From NCBI GenBank assembly GCA_964424195.1, contig CAYRHT010000003.1, positions 14,919 through 78,918 of the forward strand: a DNA stretch of 64,000 nucleotides. The letters are read 5' to 3'. The DNA comes from an uncultured Gammaproteobacteria bacterium (GTDB lineage: Bacteria > Patescibacteriota > Patescibacteriia > UBA1558 > S5-K13). Numbering within the stretch: position 1 is the stretch's first letter; every line of letters begins with the position of its first letter. Position numbers and translations under genes: made by a program. Of this stretch, positions 29,624 to 39,598 are shown in pieces. The notes beneath the pieces are model-generated. The model ran no database searches. It was not told where the DNA came from and worked only from the letters and a program-made list of their open reading frames with translations.

Positions 29624-30793
29624 ATGACTAAAAAAAATATATATTTTGATAATGCTGCTACTACTCAAGTAGATCAGCGAGTATTAAAAGCTATGCTCCC
29701 TTATTTCACTAATGACTTTGGTAATGCTTCTTCTTTACATAGTTTTGGACAAGAAGCTGAAGGAGCAGTCTTAAAATCTAAAGATATCATTTCTGATTTC
29801 TTGAATTGTGAAGCTAAAGAAATAGTTTTTACTTCTGGAGGAACTGAAAGTAATAATACAGTTTTAAAGAGTGTTTTTAATAATTATCAAGGGCATTTAA
29901 TTACTAGTGCTTTTGAACATCCTAGTGTTTTAGATACTGCTAAGTATTTAAAGAGTAAAGGTGTAGAAGTTACTTTTATTAAACCAGAAGCTAATGGTTT
30001 AATTGATCCTCAGAAAGTATTAGATGCTATTCAATCAAATACTAAACTAATTTCTATCATGTATGTGAATAATGAGATTGGAACTATTCAGCCCATTGGT
30101 AAAATTGCTAAAGACTTAGAAGAAATAAATAAAGATAGAGAAGAAAAGATATTATTTCATACTGATGCTGTGCAAGCTACTTATTTTGCAACTATGGATA
30201 TTACTCGTCTGAGAGTAGATTTCTTATCTCTTTCTGGTCACAAGATTTATGGTCCCAAAGGTGTTGGAGCTTTGTATATTAAAGATGGAATTAAAATTAC
30301 TCCTTTATTACATGGTGGACATCAAGAAAATGGTTTCCGAGCTGGAACTTACAACGTTCCTTCAATAGTTGGTTTAGGAAAAGCAGTGAGTCTAATAAAT
30401 ACTTCAGAACATACTAAAGAAGTAGAGCAGATTAAGAAATTAAGGGATGTTTTGATAGAAAAGGTATTAAAGATTGAAGGAGCTAGTTTAAATGGAGATC
30501 AAGAATCTCGTTTAGCTAATAATGCTAATTTCCTATTCCAGAATGTTGAAGGAGAAAGTCTGTTATTAAAACTTGATATGGAAGGAGTAGCTTGTTCTAC
30601 TGGTTCAGCTTGTGCTTCTGGTTCTTTACAAGCATCACATGTTTTATTAGCTATTGGAGTTAAACCAGAGAATGCTCATGGTTCATTAAGAATTAGTATT
30701 GGAAAAGATAATACTATTAAGGATATTAATCATTTCGTTAAAGTTTTAGAGAAAATAGTTAAAGAATTAAGATCATTTTCACCTTTAAAATAA
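29624..30793 (+). CDS. iscS: Cysteine desulfurase IscS/NifS
   Basis: YFDNAATT, SGHKIYGPKG, STGSACASG. Confidence 0.93.
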   Translation: MTKKNIYFDNAATTQVDQRVLKAMLPYFTNDFGNASSLHSFGQEAEGAVLKSKDIISDFLNCEAKEIVFTSGGTESNNTVLKSVFNNYQGHLITSAFEHPSVLDTAKYLKSKGVEVTFIKPEANGLIDPQKVLDAIQSNTKLISIMYVNNEIGTIQPIGKIAKDLEEINKDREEKILFHTDAVQATYFATMDITRLRVDFLSLSGHKIYGPKGVGALYIKDGIKITPLLHGGHQENGFRAGTYNVPSIVGLGKAVSLINTSEHTKEVEQIKKLRDVLIEKVLKIEGASLNGDQESRLANNANFLFQNVEGESLLLKLDMEGVACSTGSACASGSLQASHVLLAIGVKPENAHGSLRISIGKDNTIKDINHFVKVLEKIVKELRSFSPLK

Positions 30794-31162
30794 ATGTTGT
30801 ATTTAAAAGATAAATTTAAAATTTTTTTTAGTAAAAGACCTATTTATTGGTTAATGGTTTTAACTTTATCAGCTAATTTTTATTTATGGTATTTAATTTA
30901 TAATTTTGTTGATTTTGGGAAAGATTTTCATGTTTTACATTATAATATCTATTTTGGAATAGATTTAATTGATTCACCTCAAAGATTATTAGCTATTCCC
31001 TTTCTAGGAATTGGAATCTTATTAATCAATTTAGTTCTTTCTTATATTTTCTATATTATTAAAAAAGAATTTACTATTCCTTATTTCTTATTAACAGCTA
31101 GTTTATTTGTTAATTTAGAATTAATTTTTTACCTCATTGGGGTAATTGGAATGGAATACTAG
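30794..31162 (+). CDS. Hypothetical membrane protein
   Basis: Three TM helices, LHYNIYFGID motif. Confidence 0.7.
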   Translation: MLYLKDKFKIFFSKRPIYWLMVLTLSANFYLWYLIYNFVDFGKDFHVLHYNIYFGIDLIDSPQRLLAIPFLGIGILLINLVLSYIFYIIKKEFTIPYFLLTASLFVNLELIFYLIGVIGMEY

Positions 31163-31181
31163 TAATTAAAATTAAATATTT

Positions 31182-32231
31182 ATGTTGAATTTAATTGTAA
31201 TCAAAATTTTTATCTTAACAACTCTATCAACTTTTGTAGCTGTTGCTATTACTCCTTTGGTTAGTCATTTTTTGTATAAGTATAATTTAGGGAAACAAAT
31301 TAGAACTGAAGAAAGTGCTCCTATATTTCATAGCTTGCATAAGAAAAAAGAAGGAACTCCAACCATGGGTGGGATTATTATTTGGTTTACTCTTTTAGTA
31401 ATTATGTTTTTGTTTTATTTAATTTATTTCTTTTTTCCAGAATCTGGAATATCATTTTTAAACTTTTTTTCTAGATCTCAAACATTATTACCTTTAGGAG
31501 CTTTAATTGCTACCGCTATTATTGGATTATGGGATGATTATTTAGGAGTTCGAAAAATAGGTGCTAAGGGTGGAGGATTGAGTATGAAGAAAAAACTTTT
31601 AATATATTTTGGAATAGCTTTAATAGGTGCTTTATGGTTTTTCTTTAAATTAGATTGGGATGTTTTACATATTCCTTTTGTAGGTAATTTTGAAATAGGA
31701 TGGTGGATTATTCCTTTGTTTACTTTTGTAGTTGCTGCTACTTCTTTTTCAGTTAATGAAACTGATGGTTTAGATGGTTTAGCTGGTGGATTATTATTAT
31801 TCTGTTTTGTTACCTTTGGAGTAATTAGTTTCTTACAAGGGAGCTATGATTTAGCTAGTTTCTGTGCTGTCATAGTTGGAGCCTTAGTTACATTTTTATG
31901 GTTCAATATTCCCCCAGCAAGATTCTTTATGGGCGATACTGGTTCCATGAGTCTGGGTATTACTTTAGGTATCATTGCGATGTTAACTAATACTTTGCTT
32001 TATTTACCTTTAATTGCTTTTATCTTTATCTTTGAATCTCTCTCAGTAATTATTCAGTTGATTTCTAAGAAACTTAGAAATGGTAAGAAAGTATTTCTAT
32101 CTACACCAGTTCATCATCATTTTGAAGCTATTGGTTGGTCAGAGTCTAAGATTGTAATGCGAGCTTGGTTATTAAGTGGAGTATTTTCAGTCTTCGCTTT
32201 GATTATTTATTTATTTGATAAGACTATTTAA
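31182..32231 (+). CDS. mraY: Phospho-N-acetylmuramoyl-pentapeptide transferase
   Basis: KEGTPTMGG, NETDGLDGLA, FMGDTGS, PVHHHFE. Confidence 0.95.
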   Translation: MLNLIVIKIFILTTLSTFVAVAITPLVSHFLYKYNLGKQIRTEESAPIFHSLHKKKEGTPTMGGIIIWFTLLVIMFLFYLIYFFFPESGISFLNFFSRSQTLLPLGALIATAIIGLWDDYLGVRKIGAKGGGLSMKKKLLIYFGIALIGALWFFFKLDWDVLHIPFVGNFEIGWWIIPLFTFVVAATSFSVNETDGLDGLAGGLLLFCFVTFGVISFLQGSYDLASFCAVIVGALVTFLWFNIPPARFFMGDTGSMSLGITLGIIAMLTNTLLYLPLIAFIFIFESLSVIIQLISKKLRNGKKVFLSTPVHHHFEAIGWSESKIVMRAWLLSGVFSVFALIIYLFDKTI

Positions 32232-32239
32232 TTAAAAAT

Positions 32240-33814
32240 ATGAAAGAAAACAATTTTCTAAAACAAAAGTTTAATAATCTTCATACTAGTCCAGAAGTAG
32301 AATCTGCTACTAAAAGAAAAGAAATGAAAGGAAAAGAAGGTAAGATTACTAAACCAACAGAGAAGATAGAAGCACATCTAGAAAGATTAGATGAGATTTT
32401 TAATACAGAAGATAATAACCAAAGAGAGTTTAGAGTTGGTTTTCTAAAAGATAAACTACATGACAAGTTCATCGTTAAACCCGAAAATATTCCAACCAGC
32501 TATTATGAACAACAAAGAAGAATAATGAGAGAAGAAGGATATGGAGATGTAGAAATAACAGATAACATGAAAAGAGATGCTGAACAAACAATAGTGGCTG
32601 ATCAAAGGGCAAGTTTTGATGAATGGATTGATTATTTAAGTTCAGAAGATGCTACCTATCCAAACTATCTAAAATACTTTGCTTTTAGAGGAATAACTAA
32701 GTTAGGGAAGTATGATAAAGAAAAGGAAAAGTTTGCTAATCGAACTAAAGAAACAGTAGCTCCTTTTGTAGATCTAGATAGAGAAGCTTTGGCTAATGTG
32801 CTAGATGCTTTAGAAAAAGAACATCAAGGACAAGAACAGGCTGATGAATTATCAGATAACTTTAAAAAATATTTAAAAGGTGCTAACTTTGGTAAACTTT
32901 ATGCTCAAGCTGGTAAAGATATAATGGAACAAGGAGGAATGGAAAAATTAGATATTCATGATGGTGAGTGGATTAAATATGATCAAGGAACAGATTCTTC
33001 TTTACTTCATAAATCATTACAAGGAAAATCTACTGGTTGGTGTACTGCTGGTCAGAGTACAGCTCAGACTCAAATCGAAAATGGTGACTTCTATGTCTAT
33101 TATACTAAAAACAACGATGGTCAATATACTGAACCTCGAATAGCTATTCGAATGAATGGTCAAAATAAGATTGGTGAAATTAGAGGGGTAGCTAATGATC
33201 AGAATATAGAGTCAGAGGCAGAAGATATCCTTGATGAAAAATTAAAAAAATTTCCGGATTCAGAAGCATATCAACAAAAAAGTCATGATATGAAACTCTT
33301 AACCCAAATTGAAGAAAAACAAAACAAGAAAGAAAAACTAACTAAAAAAGATTTAGAATTTCTTTATGAAATAAAATCAAGGATTAAAGGATTTGGTTAT
33401 GAAGATGATCCTCGTATTAAAGAAATTCAAGAGCAAAGAAATTTTAAAAAAGATTTATCTTCTGTATTTAGTTATCTTCCTGAACAGATTAGCGTTACTG
33501 AAGAAGAAGCTTTAAGTGGAGATATTAAATTCCATTATGGTACTCTTAATCTTTATGGATTAAAATCAGCCGAAGGACTTGTTTTACCAGAGAATATAGG
33601 TGGTGGTCTTGATCTTAATGGTCTTACTTCAGCCGAAGGACTTGTTTTACCAGAGAATATAGGTGGTGGTCTTGATCTTAATGGTCTTACTTCAGCCGAA
33701 GGACTTGTTTTACCTAAGAATATAGATGGTAGTCTTGATCTTAATCGTATTACTTCAGTTGAAAAAGAAGAATTAAAAGAAAAATATCCTAATCTAAGAG
33801 ATAAAATTAAATAA
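32240..33814 (+). CDS. Hypothetical protein with WCTAG motif and C-terminal leucine-rich repeats
   Basis: GWCTAG...FYVYY...PRIAIRM...GEIRG domain; 21-aa SAEGLVLPENIGGGLDLNGLT repeats. Confidence 0.75.
   Translation: MKENNFLKQKFNNLHTSPEVESATKRKEMKGKEGKITKPTEKIEAHLERLDEIFNTEDNNQREFRVGFLKDKLHDKFIVKPENIPTSYYEQQRRIMREEGYGDVEITDNMKRDAEQTIVADQRASFDEWIDYLSSEDATYPNYLKYFAFRGITKLGKYDKEKEKFANRTKETVAPFVDLDREALANVLDALEKEHQGQEQADELSDNFKKYLKGANFGKLYAQAGKDIMEQGGMEKLDIHDGEWIKYDQGTDSSLLHKSLQGKSTGWCTAGQSTAQTQIENGDFYVYYTKNNDGQYTEPRIAIRMNGQNKIGEIRGVANDQNIESEAEDILDEKLKKFPDSEAYQQKSHDMKLLTQIEEKQNKKEKLTKKDLEFLYEIKSRIKGFGYEDDPRIKEIQEQRNFKKDLSSVFSYLPEQISVTEEEALSGDIKFHYGTLNLYGLKSAEGLVLPENIGGGLDLNGLTSAEGLVLPENIGGGLDLNGLTSAEGLVLPKNIDGSLDLNRITSVEKEELKEKYPNLRDKIK
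33566..33757 (+). repeat. 63-bp tandem repeat, about 3 copies (first two identical)
   Basis: TCAGCCGAAGGACTTGTTTTACC... units start at 33566, 33629, 33692. Confidence 0.92.
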
Positions 33815-33820
33815 TTATTT

Positions 33821-35125
33821 ATGGATTTTAAGAATAAAAAAATATTAATAATGGGGCTTGGTATAATTGGCAAAGGATTAAAAGATGCTTTGTTTTTTTA
33901 TAACCAAGGAGCAGAAGTAACAGTTACTGATTTAAAAGATGAATCAGAGTTAATTGATTCAATCAGTGAATTAAAGAAATATCCAGATATTAAATTACAT
34001 TTAGGAAAACATCTGGAATCTGATTTTAAAGAAAATGATATTATTGTTCGAAATCCAGCAGTTCCTAAAGATTCTAACTTTTTAAAAATAGCTCGAGAGA
34101 ATAACAAAGAAATAGTAATGGAGGATTCTCTATTCACTAAACTAACCAAAGCTAAAGTAATTGGGATTACTGGAACTCGAGGAAAAACTACTAGCTCAAC
34201 TTTAATTTATGAAATTTTAAAATATGCTGGTTTAGATGTCTATTTATCGGGCAATGTCAGAGGTACAGCTTCTTTACCATTATTGGACAAAGTTAAAGAA
34301 GACTCTTATGTCGTCTTAGAACTTAGTTCTTGGCAATTGCAAGGATTTGCTGATGAAAAAGTATCTCCAGAATATGCAATAATTACTAATATTTATGAAG
34401 ATCATTTGAATAGGTATAAAGGAATGAGTGATTATGTTAATGACAAGAAGCAGATTTACAAATTTCAGAAAGAATCTGACTTTCTATTCCTTAATCAAGA
34501 TATGAATCCAGAATATTTAGCTGAGTTTCAGAATGAAGCTATTGCTCAGAAGATTTATTCTTCTAAAGAAGATGTAGGGAATTATCAAACTAATTTAATT
34601 GGAGAACATAACTTAGAGAACATTGCTATTGCTCGAGTTATAGCTTTAGAAATAGGGATTGATGAAGAAACTATTCAGAAAGCAGTAGCAAACTTTCAAG
34701 CTATTGAATTTAGATTAGAAAAAGTTAGAGAAATTAATGATATTAGCTTTATAAACGACAGTGCTAGTACTGCTCCAGTAGCAGCTATTAAAGCTTTAAA
34801 TTCTTTTAATCAAAAAGTATTCTTAATTGCTGGAGGAGCTTCTAAAGATTTAGATTTAAAAGGCTTAGCTCAAACCATTAAAGAGAAAGCTCAGAAAGTA
34901 GCTCTCTTAGAAGGAAGTGATACTCCTAAGTTAAAAGAACTTTTAGATGATAATTTAGTTTTAGGAGTTTTTAAAGATTTAGAATCAGCAGTACAGATTT
35001 TGTATAAACAAGCTCAAGCTGGAGATATTATTTTATTATCACCAGGTTCTGCTAGCTTTGGAATGTTTCAAAATGAATTTGATAGAGGAGAGCAATTTAA
35101 TCAGATTGTAAATAATTTAAAATGA
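33821..35125 (+). CDS. murD: UDP-MurNAc-L-Ala-D-Glu ligase
   Basis: GITGTRGKTT, LELSSWQL, DHLNRY, LLSPGSASF. Confidence 0.95.
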   Translation: MDFKNKKILIMGLGIIGKGLKDALFFYNQGAEVTVTDLKDESELIDSISELKKYPDIKLHLGKHLESDFKENDIIVRNPAVPKDSNFLKIARENNKEIVMEDSLFTKLTKAKVIGITGTRGKTTSSTLIYEILKYAGLDVYLSGNVRGTASLPLLDKVKEDSYVVLELSSWQLQGFADEKVSPEYAIITNIYEDHLNRYKGMSDYVNDKKQIYKFQKESDFLFLNQDMNPEYLAEFQNEAIAQKIYSSKEDVGNYQTNLIGEHNLENIAIARVIALEIGIDEETIQKAVANFQAIEFRLEKVREINDISFINDSASTAPVAAIKALNSFNQKVFLIAGGASKDLDLKGLAQTIKEKAQKVALLEGSDTPKLKELLDDNLVLGVFKDLESAVQILYKQAQAGDIILLSPGSASFGMFQNEFDRGEQFNQIVNNLK

Positions 35126-36279
35126 TTAGAAGACATTCAAAATTTAGAAGATTATTAGAACGCTTATTTCATGTTGGTGGTAAAGCTCATGAACCAGACT
35201 ATACTTTGATTACTATTACTAGTATTTTTATTTTATTTGGTTTATTAATGTTAATGTCTGCTTCTTCAGTAATTTCTTATCAGAAGTTTGGTAGTTCCTA
35301 TTATCTTTTTTGGCATCAAATTCTATTAGGTTTTCTTCCTGGGATTATAATTTTTTGGATTTGTTCTAAGATAGATTTTAAATTATGGAAAAAATTTGCT
35401 TTCTTCATGCTGATCTTTTCCATTTTATTATTATTAGCTGTATTTATTCCTGGTTTAAGAACTACTTTTGGTAGTGCTCGTTCTTGGATTAATATTTTTG
35501 GATTTTCTATTCAACCCTCAGAAATTGTTAAATTAACTTTTTTAATATACTTAGCCTCTTGGTTAGATAGTAGAGGAGCTGAGAAAGTGAGAGATTTGCA
35601 TCATGGATTAATGCCTTTTCTAATATTAATTGGAACTATTAGTATTTTGATGTTATTACAACCAGATATGGGGACCCTTAGTATTATTTTTGTAATTGCT
35701 TTGATTAGTTTCTATATCGGTGGCGGGCATGTTAAACATATTATTTCAGTTTTAATAGGTGCTTTTGTAGTCTTTTTTATTGCTATTAAAGTAGCTCCTT
35801 ACCGTTTAGCTCGTTTTATGGTTTTTATGAATCCAGGAGCTGATCCTCAAGGAGTAGGTTATCATTTAAATCAAGCTTTAATTGCTGTAGGTTCTGGAAG
35901 ATGGTTTGGAGTTGGTCTAGGGCATTCCAGACAGAAATATGGTTATTTACCAGAAGTAGCTGGGGATTCAATATTTCCAGTGATGGCCGAAGAATTGGGG
36001 TTTATAATGTGTTCTATTTATGTAGTTTTAATTTTTATTCTGGTTTATCATGGTTTAATGGTTGCTCAAAAATCAAAAACATATTATGGTAGAGTCTTAG
36101 CAGTTGGGATTATAGTTTGGATTGGTTTCCAGAGTTTTATTAATATTGCTTCTATGATTGGTTTACTACCAATGACTGGAGTACCTTTACCATTCCTATC
36201 ATATGGTGGGACAGCTATGATTATGAATTTAGCAGCTATGGGAATCTTAGTTAATATATCTCGATATACGAGACAATAA
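35122..36279 (+). CDS. ftsW: SEDS protein FtsW
   Basis: IQPSEIVK, LQPDMGT, TGVPLPFLSYGG; between murD and murG. Confidence 0.93.
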   Translation: MIRRHSKFRRLLERLFHVGGKAHEPDYTLITITSIFILFGLLMLMSASSVISYQKFGSSYYLFWHQILLGFLPGIIIFWICSKIDFKLWKKFAFFMLIFSILLLLAVFIPGLRTTFGSARSWINIFGFSIQPSEIVKLTFLIYLASWLDSRGAEKVRDLHHGLMPFLILIGTISILMLLQPDMGTLSIIFVIALISFYIGGGHVKHIISVLIGAFVVFFIAIKVAPYRLARFMVFMNPGADPQGVGYHLNQALIAVGSGRWFGVGLGHSRQKYGYLPEVAGDSIFPVMAEELGFIMCSIYVVLIFILVYHGLMVAQKSKTYYGRVLAVGIIVWIGFQSFINIASMIGLLPMTGVPLPFLSYGGTAMIMNLAAMGILVNISRYTRQ

Positions 36280-36292
36280 ATAAATTAAACTT

Positions 36293-37357
36293 ATGAAAAT
36301 ATTATTCAGTGGTGGTGGAACATTAGGTTCAGTAACACCTTTACTAGCAATTATAGATGAAATTAAAAAAACTCATCCTGAAGATGAGGTGGTTTGGGTG
36401 ACTACTAAAGATGGAGTAGAAAAAGATTTTTTAAATGAATATGATATTGAAAAATATTCAATGACTTCAGCTAAATTAAGAAGATATTTTTCTTGGCAGA
36501 ATTTTATAGATTTTTTTAAGTTTATAAAATCTCTCTTTGAAGCTTTTAGTATTATTAAAAAAGTTAAACCTGATGTGATAGTTAGTGCTGGAGCCTATGT
36601 TAGTGTTCCCTTAGCAATTGTAGGGAAGTTAATGTTTAAAAAAGTTTTAATACATCAACAAGATATTAAGGTTGGTTTAGCTAATAGGATTATGGCTATT
36701 TTTGCAGATCGAATTACTTTGAGTTTTTGGGAATCACAAACTAGGTTTAAATATTTTAAAAAGAGAAAAACATATTTAACTGGAAATCCTGGTAGATTTA
36801 CTAGAAAACAAATTGATAGTTTAGATCGAGATACTTTGTTAAAGAGGTATAATTTGAAGGCAGACAAACCTATTCTTTTAATTCTAGGAGGTAGTTCTGG
36901 TTCAGCCGAAATAAATCAAGTAGTTTACAAATCGGTTTCTAAGTTAGTGAATAAATTTCAAGTTATTCATATTACTGGAGCGAATAAGAACAAGGAAATA
37001 GAGAAGGCAGATTATCATCAATATAGCTTTATTTACAAAGAAATGTTAGATTTCATGTTTCTTTCTGATTTAGTTGTTTCTCGAGCTGGTTTTGCTACTC
37101 TTACTGAATTATCTTGCTTATCCAAATGCGCTATTATTGTTCCTCTTAAAGGACATCAGGAGATAAATGCGGGATATTTCTATAGAGAAAAGGCTGTTGA
37201 ACTTTGTGATGCTGAGCATTTAATTACTACAATTTTAAGTTTATCCAGAGACCAGAATAGGAAAGAATATCTAATTGAACATATGGATCATATTATGCCT
37301 AAGAATGCTGTGCAAAAGATTACTGATCAGATTTATGGTTTATTTAAAAAACATTAA
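36293..37357 (+). CDS. murG: MurG glycosyltransferase
   Basis: SGGGTLGSVTP, GGSSGS, SRAG, HQEINA. Confidence 0.93.
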   Translation: MKILFSGGGTLGSVTPLLAIIDEIKKTHPEDEVVWVTTKDGVEKDFLNEYDIEKYSMTSAKLRRYFSWQNFIDFFKFIKSLFEAFSIIKKVKPDVIVSAGAYVSVPLAIVGKLMFKKVLIHQQDIKVGLANRIMAIFADRITLSFWESQTRFKYFKKRKTYLTGNPGRFTRKQIDSLDRDTLLKRYNLKADKPILLILGGSSGSAEINQVVYKSVSKLVNKFQVIHITGANKNKEIEKADYHQYSFIYKEMLDFMFLSDLVVSRAGFATLTELSCLSKCAIIVPLKGHQEINAGYFYREKAVELCDAEHLITTILSLSRDQNRKEYLIEHMDHIMPKNAVQKITDQIYGLFKKH

Positions 37358-37361
37358 AACA

Positions 37362-38720
37362 ATGAATTTAAAGAATATTAAAAAAGTATATTTAATTGGG
37401 ATTGGTGGAATTGGAGTTTCTGCTGTAGCTCAATATTTTTTAGAATCTAGCAAAGAAGTTGCTGGTGCTGATTTAGTTAAATCTGATATTACTAAAGACT
37501 TAGAAAAAAAAGGAATTAAAGTTTTCTACAAACATGACGAAAGTAATATTGATGAATCATGTTCATTAGTAATCTATTCTTCAGCTATTCCAGAAGATAA
37601 TCCAGAATTTAAAAAAGCTCAAGAATTAAATATTAAAACTTTGTCATACTTTGATTTCCTAGGAGAACTTTCTCAAGATCATAAAACTATTGTAGTAACT
37701 GGGACTCATGGTAAGTCTAGTACTACTTCTTTAATAGCGATGATGATGATTAAAGCTGGTTTAGACCCGACAGTTTTTGTAGGAACTAAGATTAAAGACT
37801 TAGAAAGTAATTTTAGATTAGGAAGGTCAGAATATTTAGTTGTAGAAGGATGTGAGTATCAAGCTAATATGTTAAAGCTCAATCCATATTTAATTGGTAT
37901 TCCATCAATTGATGAAGATCATTTAGATTTCTACCAAGATTTAGAGGACATCTTAGAACATTTTCAGAAGTTTGTAGATAAATTAGAAAATTCAGATAAT
38001 TTAGTTTACAATGGTCTTGATCAAAACATTGAACAGCTCTACAAGTCTCCAGAAGCCTCTTCTGTGGGTTTAAATTCCGAATCTAAACTTCGAGCTGAAG
38101 ATGTAAAAAAAGTTGAGAATGGGCAGAATTTTAACTTGTTTTTGAATGATAAAGAGCTAGTAAATATTCAAACTAACTTACCAGGAGATTACAATATTAC
38201 TAATATTTTAATAGCTAGTGGTTTAGCTTTAAAGCTAGGAATTAAGCCTGAAATAATTAAAGAAAGTATAGAAGAATTTAAAGGTTTATGGAGAAGATTT
38301 GAAACAATAGGGGAGTGGAATACTGATTTAATTATTTCTGATTATGCTCATCATCCTCAAGAATTAAAAGCTTTACTAAAAGGAGCTAAAGAGTTTTATC
38401 CAAAGAAAAAGATAGTAGCTATCTTTCAACCACATCAAGAAGACCGAACTCAGAGATTATTTAATGACTTTTTAGATAGCTTTGAAAATGCTGATAATGT
38501 AATTATCTATCCAATCTATGAAGTAGCCGGGCGAAGAAGTGAGAAAGCTAAGAATTCAGAAGATTTAGCTAAAGAGATTCATAAAAAAGAAAGTCAGAAT
38601 GTTTATTATTTAGATACTTACGATAAAGTAAAAGAGCAATTAGAAAATTATCAAGATGCTGTGATTCTAATAATTGGAGCAGGGGATATAGATAATCTAG
38701 CTCGGCATTTTCTTAAATAA
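37362..38720 (+). CDS. murC: UDP-MurNAc-L-Ala ligase
   Basis: IGIGGIGVSA, GTHGKSSTT, DYAHHP, FQPH; ATG at 37362 preferred. Confidence 0.95.
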   Translation: MNLKNIKKVYLIGIGGIGVSAVAQYFLESSKEVAGADLVKSDITKDLEKKGIKVFYKHDESNIDESCSLVIYSSAIPEDNPEFKKAQELNIKTLSYFDFLGELSQDHKTIVVTGTHGKSSTTSLIAMMMIKAGLDPTVFVGTKIKDLESNFRLGRSEYLVVEGCEYQANMLKLNPYLIGIPSIDEDHLDFYQDLEDILEHFQKFVDKLENSDNLVYNGLDQNIEQLYKSPEASSVGLNSESKLRAEDVKKVENGQNFNLFLNDKELVNIQTNLPGDYNITNILIASGLALKLGIKPEIIKESIEEFKGLWRRFETIGEWNTDLIISDYAHHPQELKALLKGAKEFYPKKKIVAIFQPHQEDRTQRLFNDFLDSFENADNVIIYPIYEVAGRRSEKAKNSEDLAKEIHKKESQNVYYLDTYDKVKEQLENYQDAVILIIGAGDIDNLARHFLK

Positions 38721-38723
38721 GTC

Positions 38724-38761
38724 CGAAGTCCAACCTTAAGTATCTGAAAGGTTGGACTTCG
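38724..38761. repeat. 14-bp perfect inverted repeat without U-tract (REP-like)
   Basis: CGAAGTCCAACCTT-10 nt-AAGGTTGGACTTCG. Confidence 0.6.
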
Positions 38762-38951
38762 AATGCTTCAAAAAATTAAGTAAAAAAAAGAACCTACAAT
38801 ATTGCATTGTAGGTTCTGTTTCCCTTTTGGTAAGGGAATTCTTTTCATAAACCATCTCATTCTTGCCTCCTTATGAAATGTTTTACATTGTTATAGTTTC
38901 TCGAGAATCTAATGTGTTACTATTCTCCTTTATTTTTAACAGCTATTTTAT

Positions 38952-39182
38952 TTAGCCGTTAATATAGTAAAGTATTACGGGTTTTACCAGAAGACCACCT
39001 ATAACTATTAAAAATATTGCTAAGATTAACTGAACGATAAAGTTCCATTTATCGCTTTTTTTACTAGCATATTTACCGTAGGATTTGAGTCCTACTCCAA
39101 CTCCAATTGCTAGTAATAACATTCCCAAGAAGAATATTATTATAGTTACAACCATGCCTCCAATAGATTCTACATTAACCAT
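38952..39182 (-). CDS. Small hypothetical membrane protein
   Basis: Two TM helices; purine-rich SD (GGGGG). Confidence 0.6.
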   Translation of the reverse strand: MVNVESIGGMVVTIIIFFLGMLLLAIGVGVGLKSYGKYASKKSDKWNFIVQLILAIFLIVIGGLLVKPVILYYING

Positions 39183-39191
39183 CTTTTCCCC

Positions 39192-39374
39192 CTATGTTTT
39201 TTTAATTTCTTTTAAGTATGAATGTATGATTTTTGTAAGTGAGATTTGGATGACTATTTTTAATGCTAGAAACATAAAAAAAATTCCAAATCCCATTAAC
39301 ATACTTTTTGTAGCTATTGCCACAAAAATACATCCTGTTGCCATTATTACATAAGAAAGATTTTCTAAATACAT
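39192..39374 (-). CDS. Small hypothetical membrane protein
   Basis: Two hydrophobic segments; AGGAG SD. Confidence 0.55.
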   Translation of the reverse strand: MYLENLSYVIMATGCIFVAIATKSMLMGFGIFFMFLALKIVIQISLTKIIHSYLKEIKKT

Positions 39375-39426
39375 TTTTTCTCCTAGTAGACTTTATTTGA
39401 CTTTTTTTAAATTTTTAAAGAACTTC

Positions 39427-39512
39427 ATTAATATTGAGAGTAGTAGAGGAGATCTAAATCCGCCGTTATATAATATATTGCGGTAATCTCCTTCACTACT
39501 CTTAACATTAAT
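39427..39512 (-). other. Long imperfect hairpin at the predicted transcript 5' end
   Basis: ATTAATATTGAGAGTAGT..AGGAGAT..CCGC / GCGG..ATCTCCT..ACTACTCTTAACATTAAT; minus-strand TTGACA-17-TATAGT just upstream. Confidence 0.55.
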
Positions 39513-39598
39513 ATCTAACTATAGCATATTATTAGAATAATGTCAAGTATTTATTTAACTTTAATTTATTGCTATACTGAAATAACTAAAATAAAATT

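Noticed and set aside
33566-33757. Tandem repeats as a possible CRISPR array
   Set aside because: The 63-bp units are contiguous, in frame and have no unique spacers; no cas genes are present.
37275-37361. ORF-track N-terminal extensions of murC (also 22433 and 27337 starts)
   Set aside because: They overlap upstream genes or promoters; downstream ATGs (37362, 22472, 27373) match the family N-termini.
39427-39512. SRP RNA or 6S RNA
   Set aside because: It lacks the SRP domain IV consensus and is too short for 6S RNA.
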